Shown here piece after piece: positions 28,811 to 41,863 of a DNA stretch of 64,000 bases. The position numbers and the translations under genes were made by a program. Below the pieces are notes generated by a model. The model saw nothing but the letters and a program-made list of their open reading frames with translations. It was not told where the DNA came from and ran no database searches. Within the stretch, counting starts at the first letter, position 1; every line of letters starts with the position of its first letter. The stretch is from positions 72,354,001 to 72,418,000 of the forward strand of contig OX597833.1 in the NCBI GenBank assembly GCA_951406725.2, in the 5' to 3' direction. The DNA comes from Octopus vulgaris (lineage: Eukaryota).

Positions 28811-30091
28811 AAATGCTTTCACACAATAACTTTATATATTACTAATAAATATAACATCATCATCATCATTTAACGTCTGCTTTCTATGCTGGCATGGGTT
28901 GACGGTTTGACTGAGGCTTGGCGAGCCAGATGGCTGCACCAGACTCCAATCTGGCATGGTTTCTACAGCTGGATGCCCTTCCTAATGCCAACCACTCCAA
29001 GAGTGTAGTGGATGCTTTTTACATGGCACCAAAATAGTGCAAATTAAACAATTTTGATTAAATGATAACCATTCATTGGACGATATTTAAATTATCTGTC
29101 AATTTTTTTCACGGGCCCAGAAGTATTACTTCAAAGTTTATTTATGTCTCATTTGATATATTAATATAATATTGGTTCCAAATTTTGACAGGAGGCCAGG
29201 GGGGGGAGGGGTAAGTCAATTTAGATTGACCCCACCGCCCCGAGCTCAACTATTATTTTATTGATCCTGAAAGGGATGAAAAGTAAAGTTGGCCTTGGCT
29301 GAATTTGAACCCAGAGCATAAAGCCCAGCATTTTACCTGGGGATACTAATGAGTCTTACAGCAGTGGGCTGCCTTAATCTAATGTTGCAAGGAGATGCCA
29401 AGGAGGGGTGGCAGTGCCTGAGACCCTTTAAAGGACCTCTGTGATGGGTGGGAGGCAAGAAACTAGCCTCAAACCTGTGATGCGACCTGAACCCTTCCAA
29501 TACAATGGACTCTACCAAAGGCACATGAGATGCCAGTGGACTATAGATTAAATAAATCATCCAAGAGGACGAAGATGGGATTTGAGCTCAGAACAAATAC
29601 TTTTACCAATCCATGGCTAGAAATAGTAGTAACCTTCTTCTCAAATCATGTCCCACTGTTTTGAAAAAAAATGATTAGTTGATGTCAGTTGGAGCTGCGT
29701 TGATCATCAGGTAGGCCTATGGTTAAACAGACAAAAGCTATTGATTGTATCTGTATAGAAACATGGTTTTGATTGGAAAATTTACTCTGAAACTGTATCA
29801 AGTGGAATACTAGATAAAAAAAAAAAACCTAGTGAAACACACACACGCACCACCCCCTCTCATTCCCTGAGCATTTTCATAATGAAGCAGGCAATGACAG
29901 ACTTTCAGGAGGGAAACCCCAACCAACCAACTGAGATATTTTTGTTCACAGTTGAATGAAAACACATTAAGTTTAGAAATACCAAATCAATATCATCTTC
30001 TATTTGTTTTTGGTCTGCTTTAATCAATTTTCTTCAATAACAATAATTATATATATGTATGTGCAAATGCAGGTGTGTGTCTGTGAGTGTA

Positions 30092-30146
<55 letters not shown>

Positions 30147-31098
30147 CACATCTTAGGACAGGTGGCATATTTGATTAGCTTTGATTTCTTGAAAAAGTCT
30201 TACAATATTGAACGTGTTTATTATTCCATCCTCTAAAAAATCCTTACTAATGTTGGGCCCTGTATACACAGTACAGGAAATATAATAAAGTGTCCTTTAT
30301 TACTGCAAAATTTAAGTGAACATAATTGACATTGAATATTTGCAGTCCAGTTACAAAGTTGTTAAAGAAAGAAAAAAATTTTACACATTTTTCAAAAACA
30401 TTACCAATTCTGCTTCCTGCAATAAACACACACACACACACACACATATACTTACATTATGCACACACACACATCTTGTGACAATCGTTTCTAAAGTCTA
30501 TCACAGAATTAAGAATGTTGGCTGGTTCTGCCTGGCAGAGTTTTTAGAACTTAAACAGAAAGCTGCAGAGTAAAGTATCTCCCAAACCTCGGTGAGAGAA
30601 TATAACTGAGAGGTGTAGAAAGAGAAAACTTGCCAGACTTTTGTTTGATGGTCGTTAGAAAATCATTTGAGAATATTTATAGATGAGAGACCCAGCAACC
30701 GAAGTGAATAAGGTCATCAGTTTAGAAACCAGATAACCTCATGTTATCATATGCTGTTGGTCCAGTTTACCTGGCTGACAAACAAGTTCAACATTCTATT
30801 TTATAGTTCAATGAAAGAAGGTATCCAAATGTAAAAAAATAAATTGCTTCAATAAAAACAGTCCCTCTCAGCTTGTACTAGTGTAGTGGTGGTCATGGTG
30901 GGAGTGTGTCAATGATATTGATTAACATGTAAACCCGTCTGTAAAACAGGTGGAGATATACAGAAAGTATTATTAGAATCTTGCTAAGATTATCTTTTTC
31001 TGCTGTTCTCTGACTTCCTAAGGTAGAATCCTCTTTGACCATTTCCTGAGTCACACTTTGAGAATATCACAGTCTTCTTTGTCGATAGATTCCCAGAT

Positions 31099-31272
31099 TT
31101 AGGGCGTGGCATGAGCTTGCACTGACATTTTAGCATTGTATATACAATCATTGATACCAGGTCCTTCGAATGATGATCCGATAAGACTGAGAGGAAGTTG
31201 GTGATCGGCAATGTAGGTTTTCATCTCATTCAGGCGACTTGTGTAGCCAACTGTATAATGGGGAATACAATT
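31099..31272 (-). CDS. PPOX: PPOX exon 11, terminal (NCIPHYTVGY...GSSFEGPGINDCIYNAKMSVQAHATP*)
   Basis: cag|AAT acceptor, TAA stop at 31099-31101. CIP.Y..G and G.NDCI motifs. Confidence 0.93.
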   Translation of the reverse strand, partial: NCIPHYTVGYTSRLNEMKTYIADHQLPLSLIGSSFEGPGINDCIYNAKMSVQAHATP

Positions 31273-34200
31273 CTGAAAAGAAAAACAAATTCACAGAATC
31301 TATTTATTGAAACAGTGTTGCCATAGAAACAAACAAATATGTTGGGTTTTTTTTTTCTTTTGCTAGTTAGAGCCATGCTAGGACACCACCTTCAAGGATA
31401 CTAGTTTAATATACAGAATCGAATAAGTGACAAAATGGCTTAGTCCACCTAGAAGTAAAGGAAGATTGGCTTTCTGTTTGGCTATGCCTTGCTGATACAC
31501 ACACACACACACAATAGGCTTCCATACAGTTTCCATCCACCAAATTTCCCTTACAAGGCAAGGTTAGGGCAGAAGTCACTTAGCCTAGCTACCATACAGA
31601 GATGATGGCAACTTCTCAACCACACAACCATGTCCAACAAAGATTGGGAAGATCCTTGCTTTTTAACTCTAAGAAAGGAATCAAAATATACTGTACTTTA
31701 AACTGAGTACATTCTTCTCAAAAAAAGGACTTGGACTTCACAACTAGTTGTGGACGACATTTCCAAGCAAGTGTGAAGTCTATCTTGATTGCCTGTTTAT
31801 CTAATTGGCAGATAATTAGAGGTCTGCTTAATTAGACAAATGGTCAGGTCTTGTGCACCATAGAACTCCAACAGCTTTGGTCCTTTTTCATTCTGTTTAC
31901 CATGTTGTTAACCTCCATCCACATCAAAAGAAGCCTCAGGCTCTTCTTCAACATGTCCTTTCAAACACTTTAATTTCTTCTTAGTTATGTAAGTACAGGC
32001 TTGGCCGTGTGGTGAACATGTTCCCTTCCCAACCACATGGTTTAGGTTCAGTCCCACTGCACAGTACTTTGGGTTCCACTTGACTTATAGCTTTGTGCCA
32101 GCTAAAGCCTTATGAGTGGATTTGATGGACAGGAATAGAAAGAAGCCTGTTGTGTGTGTGTTTGCATCATCTTGTCTTGATGTCATATGATAACTGTAAA
32201 TGAGTGTCACCTTCATATAAGAGGGGTCAGTAATTTCTAATGTCCAGCCATGGAGAACTATAAGCTTCACTTGAAAATAAGTAAGGGTTGGTAACAGGAA
32301 GAGCATCAGTCATGGAAATTATCTCAATAAATTTCATCTGACCTTGGAAAAGTGGACCTTAAAATGATGATGATGATGATTAAAAAAAGGAAACAGGTAT
32401 AGGGGCCTAATATGTTGTCCATCAAGTTTTATTTTTTTCTTAGAATCGGAAGATCAACACCTACCCCGTCAATTTGTTTAGGGTCTCCAAGAATGGTAGT
32501 TTTCCTGTCTATTTTCAAGAATTAAAGTTAAGAAAAAAATTCCAGTCACCAATAAGCATTTCATGTGAAATTTCAAGTTTTTGCATCAGACCCCGTAATC
32601 ACGTTCCACTTACCTTATGGATGAAGACATGTGATCGGCTGAGTTTGGCTGATATTTTCAACTGTTTCCTCAGGGTTTCAACTGCCAGATTTGTTAAAGA
32701 ACTTTCGGACATTGATGGACAAATCTCTGTCAAACGATCAAACCAACTGCCCCCCATCATAACCTGGCAAATAGAAAGAATGCAATTAAAAAAAAGGGTT
32801 TTAAGCAAAAATAGGGAAAGAAAAATGAAGAATAACAAAATGATTGAAGACAAAAGGGTTTATTATACAATTCATTTCTCTCTCTCATATACACCCACCC
32901 ACATGCCTTTATCCTTTACATCATCCCATAACAACTATCGCACAATAACAATATTGCACTTCATTTTCTCTCTCTTTCTTCTACACTGTAATACTACTAC
33001 ATTATAGTATGGGGTCTCTTTACCATAAAATATATTATTCACTATACACTTCTCTCTCTCTCTACTTCAATATTATTCTATGCTCTCCTCTAACGCACTT
33101 TCTTCTTCTTCTTCTCCAAGTAATCGCAACCAAGATCCCCTTCATAATGCAGCACCAGACATCTCTGTCTTCCATTAGTTTTAGTGGATCCTCAGTCTTC
33201 TGTTAAGTATCTCTGCCAATAACATCCACGAACTGATGGTCTTCATCTTTTATTAGTGAAAGCCTTCCAAATATAATTACCCAATTTGGCCACAACATAA
33301 CCTCACTATAAAATAAACGATTCATTGCACTTTATTCTCCCTGTCACCTCTCTCCCCTTTCGAACACACCCAGACACGGTAATACAACTTCATATTAAAC
33401 CGGGTCCTTTACTCCACTGATAAACCAGCGTTAATACATTTCATGCTGGGAGCATTAAAATTAAATAATAACATGATGAGGGTAAAATATTTTTAGTCAA
33501 TGATTATTATATTTTTTTTTTATTGTTTGATGTGAAAGATAACTCTAGACATGTTTTGGTCTTATTAAAACCTCATCAGTAAATCCCAAACTCATTGAAC
33601 ATGTATTGGTGTAGAAAAATAGAATTGTCTAGAGAATAAATAATTCCTAATTTCAAAATAACTGACACACATTCCATCCAGTATTTCTACCAATATTTTT
33701 GTTGATTGTTCAGGTACAGAATGGTTGGGTTTGGTTAGATGAAGATGTTATTTACCAATACACAAATGTTTTGAAACTACTGGTTCTCCTTTTTAACAAT
33801 CTTGGTTTCTCTCAACAAGACATCATCTAAAACACCTTGATTTTCTATTTCTACTGTTAACTAACCATTCTTCCTCTCTCCTATATATATATACACACCC
33901 TGTGTGTGTGTGTATGTAGGTGACATTAACTATCAAGACAAGCATAGTTGTCTCTCTTACAGAAGTCGGTCACTTTGGATGCCCAAAATAGTTCAGAGAA
34001 CCCAAAGTATATTTTTGCTTGATCAAAATAGAAATATAGATTTCTAACAAATGCAAGGTATTGAATTTTTTGGAAGTGGAGGGAGAGGAGGGTACAGCTG
34101 AATAAGAGAGACCCCAATTCCATGCTGGCTCTAATTGACCCCAGAGGGAATAAAATTCAAAAGCAGGACTTTACTAAATATTGCCCAGCATTTTGTCCAA

Positions 34201-37200
34201 CCTTTTACTGGTTCTACTGATTTTTCTGGAAATATTCCAGAAAAATGTTTCAAAAAAGTGATGAAAGAAAATATATTAAAAATAGGGAACTTACAGTAAA
34301 CCTCGTCGAAGGTGAGTCTGATCGGTCGTGAGCCGGAAACACACACGAGTTATAGATGATGCCCAAAAAATGTCGGCTCTCTTTTGATGGTAATAAATGT
34401 CCAAATCCCTGTCAAAGATATCAAAGAAAGGAAGATTAATTTTGGCAGAGGATGAATATTGAATTTGAAGAATATACAAGAAGTATACAGTCATACAATG
34501 AAGTACTTTTAGCTTTGGTTGTTGTTATTTAGTCGTTGGTTGAACAGAAGTAATCCAGCCATGACTATCCAGTCTTTTCCTAATGTTCAGGGAACCCAGG
34601 ACAATATTACCTAACAAGTTGTTGGCTGAGGAAGATCTGGCTGCTACTTCTAGCGTATTTTCAGACCACAGAGAAACTTTCTTATTGCCATATCTCCTTT
34701 CAAGTTGTTGTTTAACTCCCAGTTGCACCCCCAAAGAGCTGCTCTCCAGTGAAAGGGACACATTCACACAGTCTGAATGTGTCGTCCTTTGTGGGTTACA
34801 ATTGCTTCAGACCTCCTTCCTAAGATACAGAGAGAAAGCAGAAGAAATCTACTGAAAATAGAAAAAGATATTAACTTTATGGCTGTGAGGTTAAGAAGTT
34901 GGCTTCACAACTACAAGGGTTCCGGTTCAATTCCATTATATGGCAACTTGTAAAAAATGTCTTCTGCTATAGCCTTGGACCAACCAAAGTTTTATAAGCA
35001 AACATTTTACAAATGGAAATTGTGCGGAAGGATAAATTTTACAAGAATTGTCTCTAATAGAGAGATAATTCTAGTTCTTGATTGGTAAAATTTATTCATT
35101 GCCTGATTAAACATGACTACAAAAGCCCTTGGATATCTTTGGCCCAAATCTTACATCCAAGAATATTTTCTCCTTGCTTTCCTCTCCTCAGCTTCAGAAA
35201 CTCTGAAAAGGGCCATGGGCAACACCCACTCTACTGTGATTAGCAATAATGATAATAATCCTTTCTACTACAGGCCCAAGGCCTGGAATTTGGGGGAGGG
35301 TCAACACCAGGACTCAACTGGTCCTTATTTTATGAGAAACCCAAAAGGGTGAAAGGCCAAATAGACATTGGCAAAATTTGAACTCAGAACATGGAGACAG
35401 ATGAAATGCCATTTCGTCCAGCTCACTGCTGCTGCCGCCGCCACCACCAACAACAACAAAAATGCTTTCAAGTTTTAGCACAAAGCCAGCAATTTCAGGG
35501 GCAGGATAGGTCAATTAGATCGACCCCAATACATGACTGGTATTTATTTTATCAAGACTGAAAGACAAAGTTGACCTTGGAGCATAAAGACAGATGCAAT
35601 GTCACTAAGCATTTTGTCTGGTATGCTAATGATTCTGCCAGGTGGCCAGATTAATAATAATAATAATAATAATATAAAACTGCTTGGAATCTGCTCCCAG
35701 TCTGACTTGGTGATTTGTGACCCTCTTTCGAGTGTTTACAGAATCATAAATCAGAATGTTCTGTTTAGTTTTGAAACAATAGATTTTAAGAGAGAAACAA
35801 ATCGTTACCTTCAAAGTGGGGACGTTACCCTCAAACTCCAGATTGACAAGAACAACATCAGCAGCTGGAATGAGGCCCAGGTTTTGGTGAAGGAGTTTCT
35901 GGTCTTCACTGAGCAAACCTTTTAAATCTGAAAAGTAAATTTGATGAGGCAAACTAAGTAGACAGAAAATGGGCAAAAGTTCATTGGACAATCTGTAACA
36001 GTCCTTGGGTGGGTAAATATAATCGTTTGCCTCATCTAAGACAATCACCAGGCACTTTGGGTCTCTTTAGTTGAGTCAACTTTTGTTGCAATCATTCCTT
36101 TAGTTCTATGGTTTGAGGATATCTTCTTGCCCTCTTCTCACCGATTTCTGAGGTCCTAGTCTGTGGGTAACCCATAAGTTCCTCCCAACTAACCTCAGAG
36201 GCCCTGCAAAAACATCAGAGCTATTGGCCTTCTAATTAAATCATAAAAAATTAATTAATGCTATACAGATGGCAGAATTACTATTGAAGAAAGCTAACAC
36301 CTATTTGATCAGTCTTTGCTTTTTTTTTAATTGTACATTAGTTTGTCTTTGAATGGTTCCAGGACCATGTCAGTGTTTCTATGATGAGTGGTGACTAACC
36401 CTTCGTTTAACACTTCCTCCATTTCTGGTGAAAGGGGTGATTTCTGTGAGTGGCCTCCTAAGACCCTTTCATGCAACACAATGCCACCAGTTGGCAGGGA
36501 GAGAGAAAATCATTCACAATACTTGACCACTATTTTATTTATGAACCCCAGAAGGACAAGATGCAAAGTTGCCTTTGGCAGGATTTGAACTCAAAGCACA
36601 GAGAAGTGGAACAAATACCACAAGACACTCTATATGATGCTCTACTGACTTTACTGATTGTGGATCCTGTATGAATTTAATAGGAATACACCACTGGCCA
36701 ATCTTTTGTATCTCCAAACTAAAATTACAGAACCTTATGATGGAGAAGCTTTGCAAGAGACCCATTTCCCAAGACAATCCAGATCTGATTGGATGTTTGT
36801 TTAAAGTTCTGTTTCTCCATGCAAGTAAGAGTTAGACCAGGAGGTACTTGAGGCAGAATTTTTATGGCTGGATGCTCTTCCTGTCACCAACCCTAACCCG
36901 TTTTTCAAGTAAGGGAATTTCAAATCCAGAGGAATTAGAAAGCAGAGCTGGTCCGGGATTTGTTAGCGGGAAGTGTCAAGAAAGGTCACCAGTTGTGGCC
37001 CAGTCACAATTGGTGACATTATAGCAGATTGTCGACCACGCATGGCAGGCTTCTTCCAGTTTCCATCTACCAGATTTCCTCCCTTGGTATTCATCTGACT
37101 GGGACTCTAGTAGGAGGCACTTGCCCAAGGTGTCACACAGTAGGAATGAACCTGAAACCATGCTTCATCGTCATTTAATGTCCACTTTCCATGCTGGCAT

Positions 37201-40200
37201 GGGTTGGACTGTTCAACTGAAAACTGGGGAGCTGCACCAGGTTCCAATCTGACCTGACATGGTTTCTACAGTTGGATGCCCTTCCTAATATGCCAACCAC
37301 TTTACAGAGTGTAGTGGGTGCTCTTTACGTACCACCAACACTGGTGCCAGTTATGAAACACAATTTCACTTGGCTTCACAGGTCTCGTAAAGCACGGCAG
37401 ATCACCAAAGGTTTTGCTTGCTTGTCATAAACCTCAATGTTATACTGAATGAAGTTGCTGACCCAGACAAATAGGAGTGAATTGGCCAATGCAATCAACA
37501 GTGGCTAATCATTTTTGTGACCACCACTCATGAAATCAGAAGGGAATGTTGATAGAGGAGAAAGAGAGAAGTAACTTGTAGAAATCCATACCTCCAGCAA
37601 AAAGGGCCGAGAAGACATGATCAGCTTCAAATGACTCCTCCTTGGTGTGAACCTGGTGTAAACGAAATGATTAATTAAGGAATAATTATTCAGTTTTAAC
37701 ATTGCCACATGGTGGTGGTGGTGGTGGGGGGTGCAGGGTGATAGTAGTCAATTAAAGGCAGAAAATAAACGAACGCTCGTTATGACAACTTCTTGTAAGT
37801 GAAGTATTGTTTCGTGTATGACTAAAGACCACTTTTAATCCTAAGTCTGTTGGACCTGGGGTCAAACAGTCAGATGTAATAACATAAACACGGACGTACA
37901 TTTTCCAGCAGAGAATGTTGCTCAACGCATCAGGAAGATGGAGTGCAGCAGAAACCCACAGCAAACTACCAAAAAAATAATAATCCTTTCTACGACAGGC
38001 AAAAGGCCTGGAAAGTTTTTGCGGGGGGGTGGGGGGTAAACCTATGAAGTGAATGGTGTTTTATTTGATCAACCTCAAAAGAACAAAAGGCAAAGTTGAC
38101 CCCAGAACTTGGAGTGCCAGAAAAAAAGTTGATCCTGGCAACATTTGAACTCAGAAACAGACAAATGAAATACCATTAAGCATTTTGCCCTGTGTGCTAA
38201 CAGTACTGCCACCTTAATAATAATAATAATGGTTTCACATGTTAGAAGTAGGGGCTTAATCAGTTATATCAACCCCAGTATTTGCCTGGTACTTTAAATC
38301 ATTGACTCTAAAGGGGTGACCTCAATGCATTTCAACTCAGAATGTGTAAATTGACACTCTACCAATTCTACTATTTTTTATCTTCCCTCTAGTAATATCT
38401 TTTAATCAATTCTACAAAATCCAGATGAAATCTGTTCATCTGGATGTAACTCACCTTTGCTTTACCTGATGCTAGAATTATTTTGGTAGCAGGGTTATTT
38501 ATCTTCACCTCACATTTTGGGTCATTGGACACAACTTTTTCCATAGTTTCCACAAGCTGCTGCAAACCATTCTTCAGGGAGTACAACCGCCAATTTTCAG
38601 CCCGAGCCTTCTTAATTAAAGGGCAGCTATCGTCAACTTCTTCCTTATCTAATTAAAAAAAACAAAGAACAAACAATTATAATGCAATCTTTTTTGAAGG
38701 ATTATTCCAACAACAGCAATAGAAAAGGCGAACTAATGATGAGAGTTTGTATATGGTCATTCACCCAGCTAGAAACAGCAGCCAAATCTCCCTCAAACCA
38801 CACATTTTCATCTTAAAATAAGGACATGATACATTCAACAATGTGGTTACAGATATAAAAAAAGACTTTTGTTCATATTTTTTCTTTAATTTTCATGGTT
38901 TGGTAGCAACTGTATCCATGGCCTTCACAGACCCTCCAAGACAGGTGAGATGAATGCAGTTGATATTTCTTGAACAAATTAAGGTCTGCTCAATCAGGTA
39001 TGACCTAGGTTTAAACTAACAACAACAAAGCTCCTTTAAGGCGTTTACCTTTCTTCTTCTTGTCATCCACTAAGGTCTCATCCCTAACAGGCCCTGTTTG
39101 AAACACCCTTCCCAATCCTTACTCCCCATGACTGCAATGCATAGTGGCCCTCACTCTGCCCATGTCTCCCCTACCATAATTCGTTTCACCCACATCAGAC
39201 TGGCCAGCTTAAGAGGGTCTCAAAACTCTATAAGATCAACTCCTCTTTTTCAAATCCCTCGACTGATCTTTGTAGAGACTTTAATGGTGCCACTCACTTC
39301 TTTGATTGGGAGCTTCCTGTTAAATCACACCAGTGTGGCATTGGTTGACAGAGGCTCTTTCTCTCCCACCCCAGGCTTTGATTCTGTCCCCTAATTTCTT
39401 CCTTCTGTACATCAGTGACTTACTTGATCCAACTGCAAACAACTCTTCGTTCCTCCCTAATCCATCTCCCAACCATCAACTCTCAACCTGGAAACCACAC
39501 TAAGCTTGCATCAGTTCCATAGACAGAGACCTCAGGAATATTTTACAGTGGGGGCCATACTGACCCTGTCACTTTTAAATGAAAAAGAAAAAAACAAAAC
39601 AACTGAAGCACCACTAACATCAAGAAAACACTTATCTAGAACCCTCTTGGTCCCTCCAACTGTTGGAGGATCTCTTCTGATAAAATCACATCTTTAACAT
39701 AGCTAGGACCACATCCCAAGCATTGGACCTTTTTTTTTCTGAGCCAGAAAATATTTCAGCCCCACCAACAGTTGATACTTTCTATGACTCACCCAAAGGA
39801 GTTCTCACATCTGTGATGGTGTTGCTACCCTACACTGACATCTTGAGACACAGTCTGCATCCAGAGAAAGGTCATTCATTTCATCAGCATTAAACCATTC
39901 TGGCATGTGGGCCAATCTCTGGCCCACAAGCATACTCCTTCTTCTACTACTAACACAATGGGCCCTATTCCTTGGAGCTGGCTGGTCTTATTCCTCTTTC
40001 AATCATCTCTCAACCCCTTCATTACTTCTGTTGTGTACCCTCCCCTTGAATCACTGTTTCTAGTCTTTCCTCTCCAGAACATTATCCCTCTGGAATCTTT
40101 TTTTCTTTCTTGCTCCTGTCCTTGCAATGGAACATTAATGTTATTCATCTCACCAGGCTGAGACGGCGGCAAAGATTGCAGGCATTGCCTCTTCTTGCAC

Positions 40201-41813
40201 ACACAACAAAGAAAAAGATGAGAAAAAGAAAAACCATTTCTAAGATTGCAAAAGATTGATCCTGTGTTGTTACATCAAGTAAAATCTGGAATTGAAGGAA
40301 AGAAGTGAGGATCAGCATCAGGAACATTAAATCACAAAAACAGGTTTGTGACATTTTGAATAATTCAAATATTGTGGACAGATATTTGTCCTCATCTTGT
40401 CGGCTGGCAGACCCTCCAGCCTTCAACAGGTGTCTTGGGGAAATTTCCCCAAGACAAATATCTGTCAAATGTAAATAAAGTACAGAATTCCTCACCTCTT
40501 CAATATAAAACTGTATGGTACAATTTCTATTCCGCAAGGCGACCTCATTAGTCAACACTTCACAAAATCTCAAACTTGTTAGATCAAAAACATTACATTG
40601 TATCTGAGGGAGACCAACAATGGGAGCTTGCCCTCCCTTACATCAACGTGGAACAGAAAATAGTCACAATAGAGACAAAATTATGTCAAAGGAAGAGAAA
40701 AAAAAAGATCAGCAAAATGGTTTTTACCTCTAAAAGTGCCAAGTACCAGAGATCTGTATTGTTTCTCCAAGTTGTGAAGATAAGGAAAGCATGCCTGCAG
40801 ACTCAAGTGACGAATGTCTCCAGCAAATATACCACGACACATTGAATTTATCAATACATCAGCAACCTGTCCAAAGATCAAAGTGTAATTTATTGATAGA
40901 AGACTGATAAAAAGATTTTAGCTATGGATGGGCTTGGTAGGAGTCACCAAAGACATTTAAGAAATACAAAAATATTTGGAAAACTCTAATTTGGAACAGA
41001 ATAATGAATGGATCAGATGAGAAGAGAGCATCATTAAGTTGTCAGTTGTAAGAATTTCATCTGGCAAACAACAGGGTCCGAGGTTCAATCTTACTGCGTG
41101 GTACTTTGAGCAAGTGTCTTTTGTCATAGCTTCCTGAGGATCAAAGTCTTGCAAATGAAATTTGATAGATGGAAACTGTATGAAGCCTGCCATAAAGATG
41201 ATTGCCATTCTCAAGCAGTAGACTGAATCCATTATCACCAGCATAAAGTTTTAACTTTAAAAAAATGTATAAACAAATCGTAAAAGTACCAAATACTTCT
41301 CTGCCCCTCCCCACAAACATATAAAGGTAACAAACCTCACTCCCGAAGCGCCGGTTGATAAAGTCATATATTGTCTCTTCTGCCTCCGGTGATGCACGTT
41401 TGGTGGTCAGATCCTTCAGAATGCTCCAAAGTAAGGAATGAGACAGGAAAGGAGGCTTCTTAAGAATTCCCAACAAACCTACAAGCAGACAATATTGTAT
41501 ATACAGAAATAGTTACAGATGTATATATATCTTTTAAGTTCTTGCAAAACGGACTTGATACAGTCACACTATTTCAAGAAAGATTTACTTAAAAGTTACC
41601 CTTTACTCTTTTACTTGTTTCAGTCATTTGACTGCGGCCATGCTGGAGCACCGCCTATGGTCGAGCAAATCGGCCCCAGGACTTATTCTTTGTAAGCCTA
41701 ATACTTATTCTATCGGTCTCTTTAGCCAAACCACTAAGTTATGGGGACGTAAACACACCAGCATCAGTTGTCAAGCGATGTTGGGAAGAAAAACAAAGAT
41801 ACACAAACATATA

Positions 41814-41863
<50 letters not shown>

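Noticed and set aside
34525-34860. Protein-like ORF in PPOX intron 8 with an upstream pyrimidine tract (possible alternative terminal exon)
   Set aside because: Both nearby AG acceptors hit stops within a few codons in the phase required by exon 8, and the peptide has no PPOX similarity.
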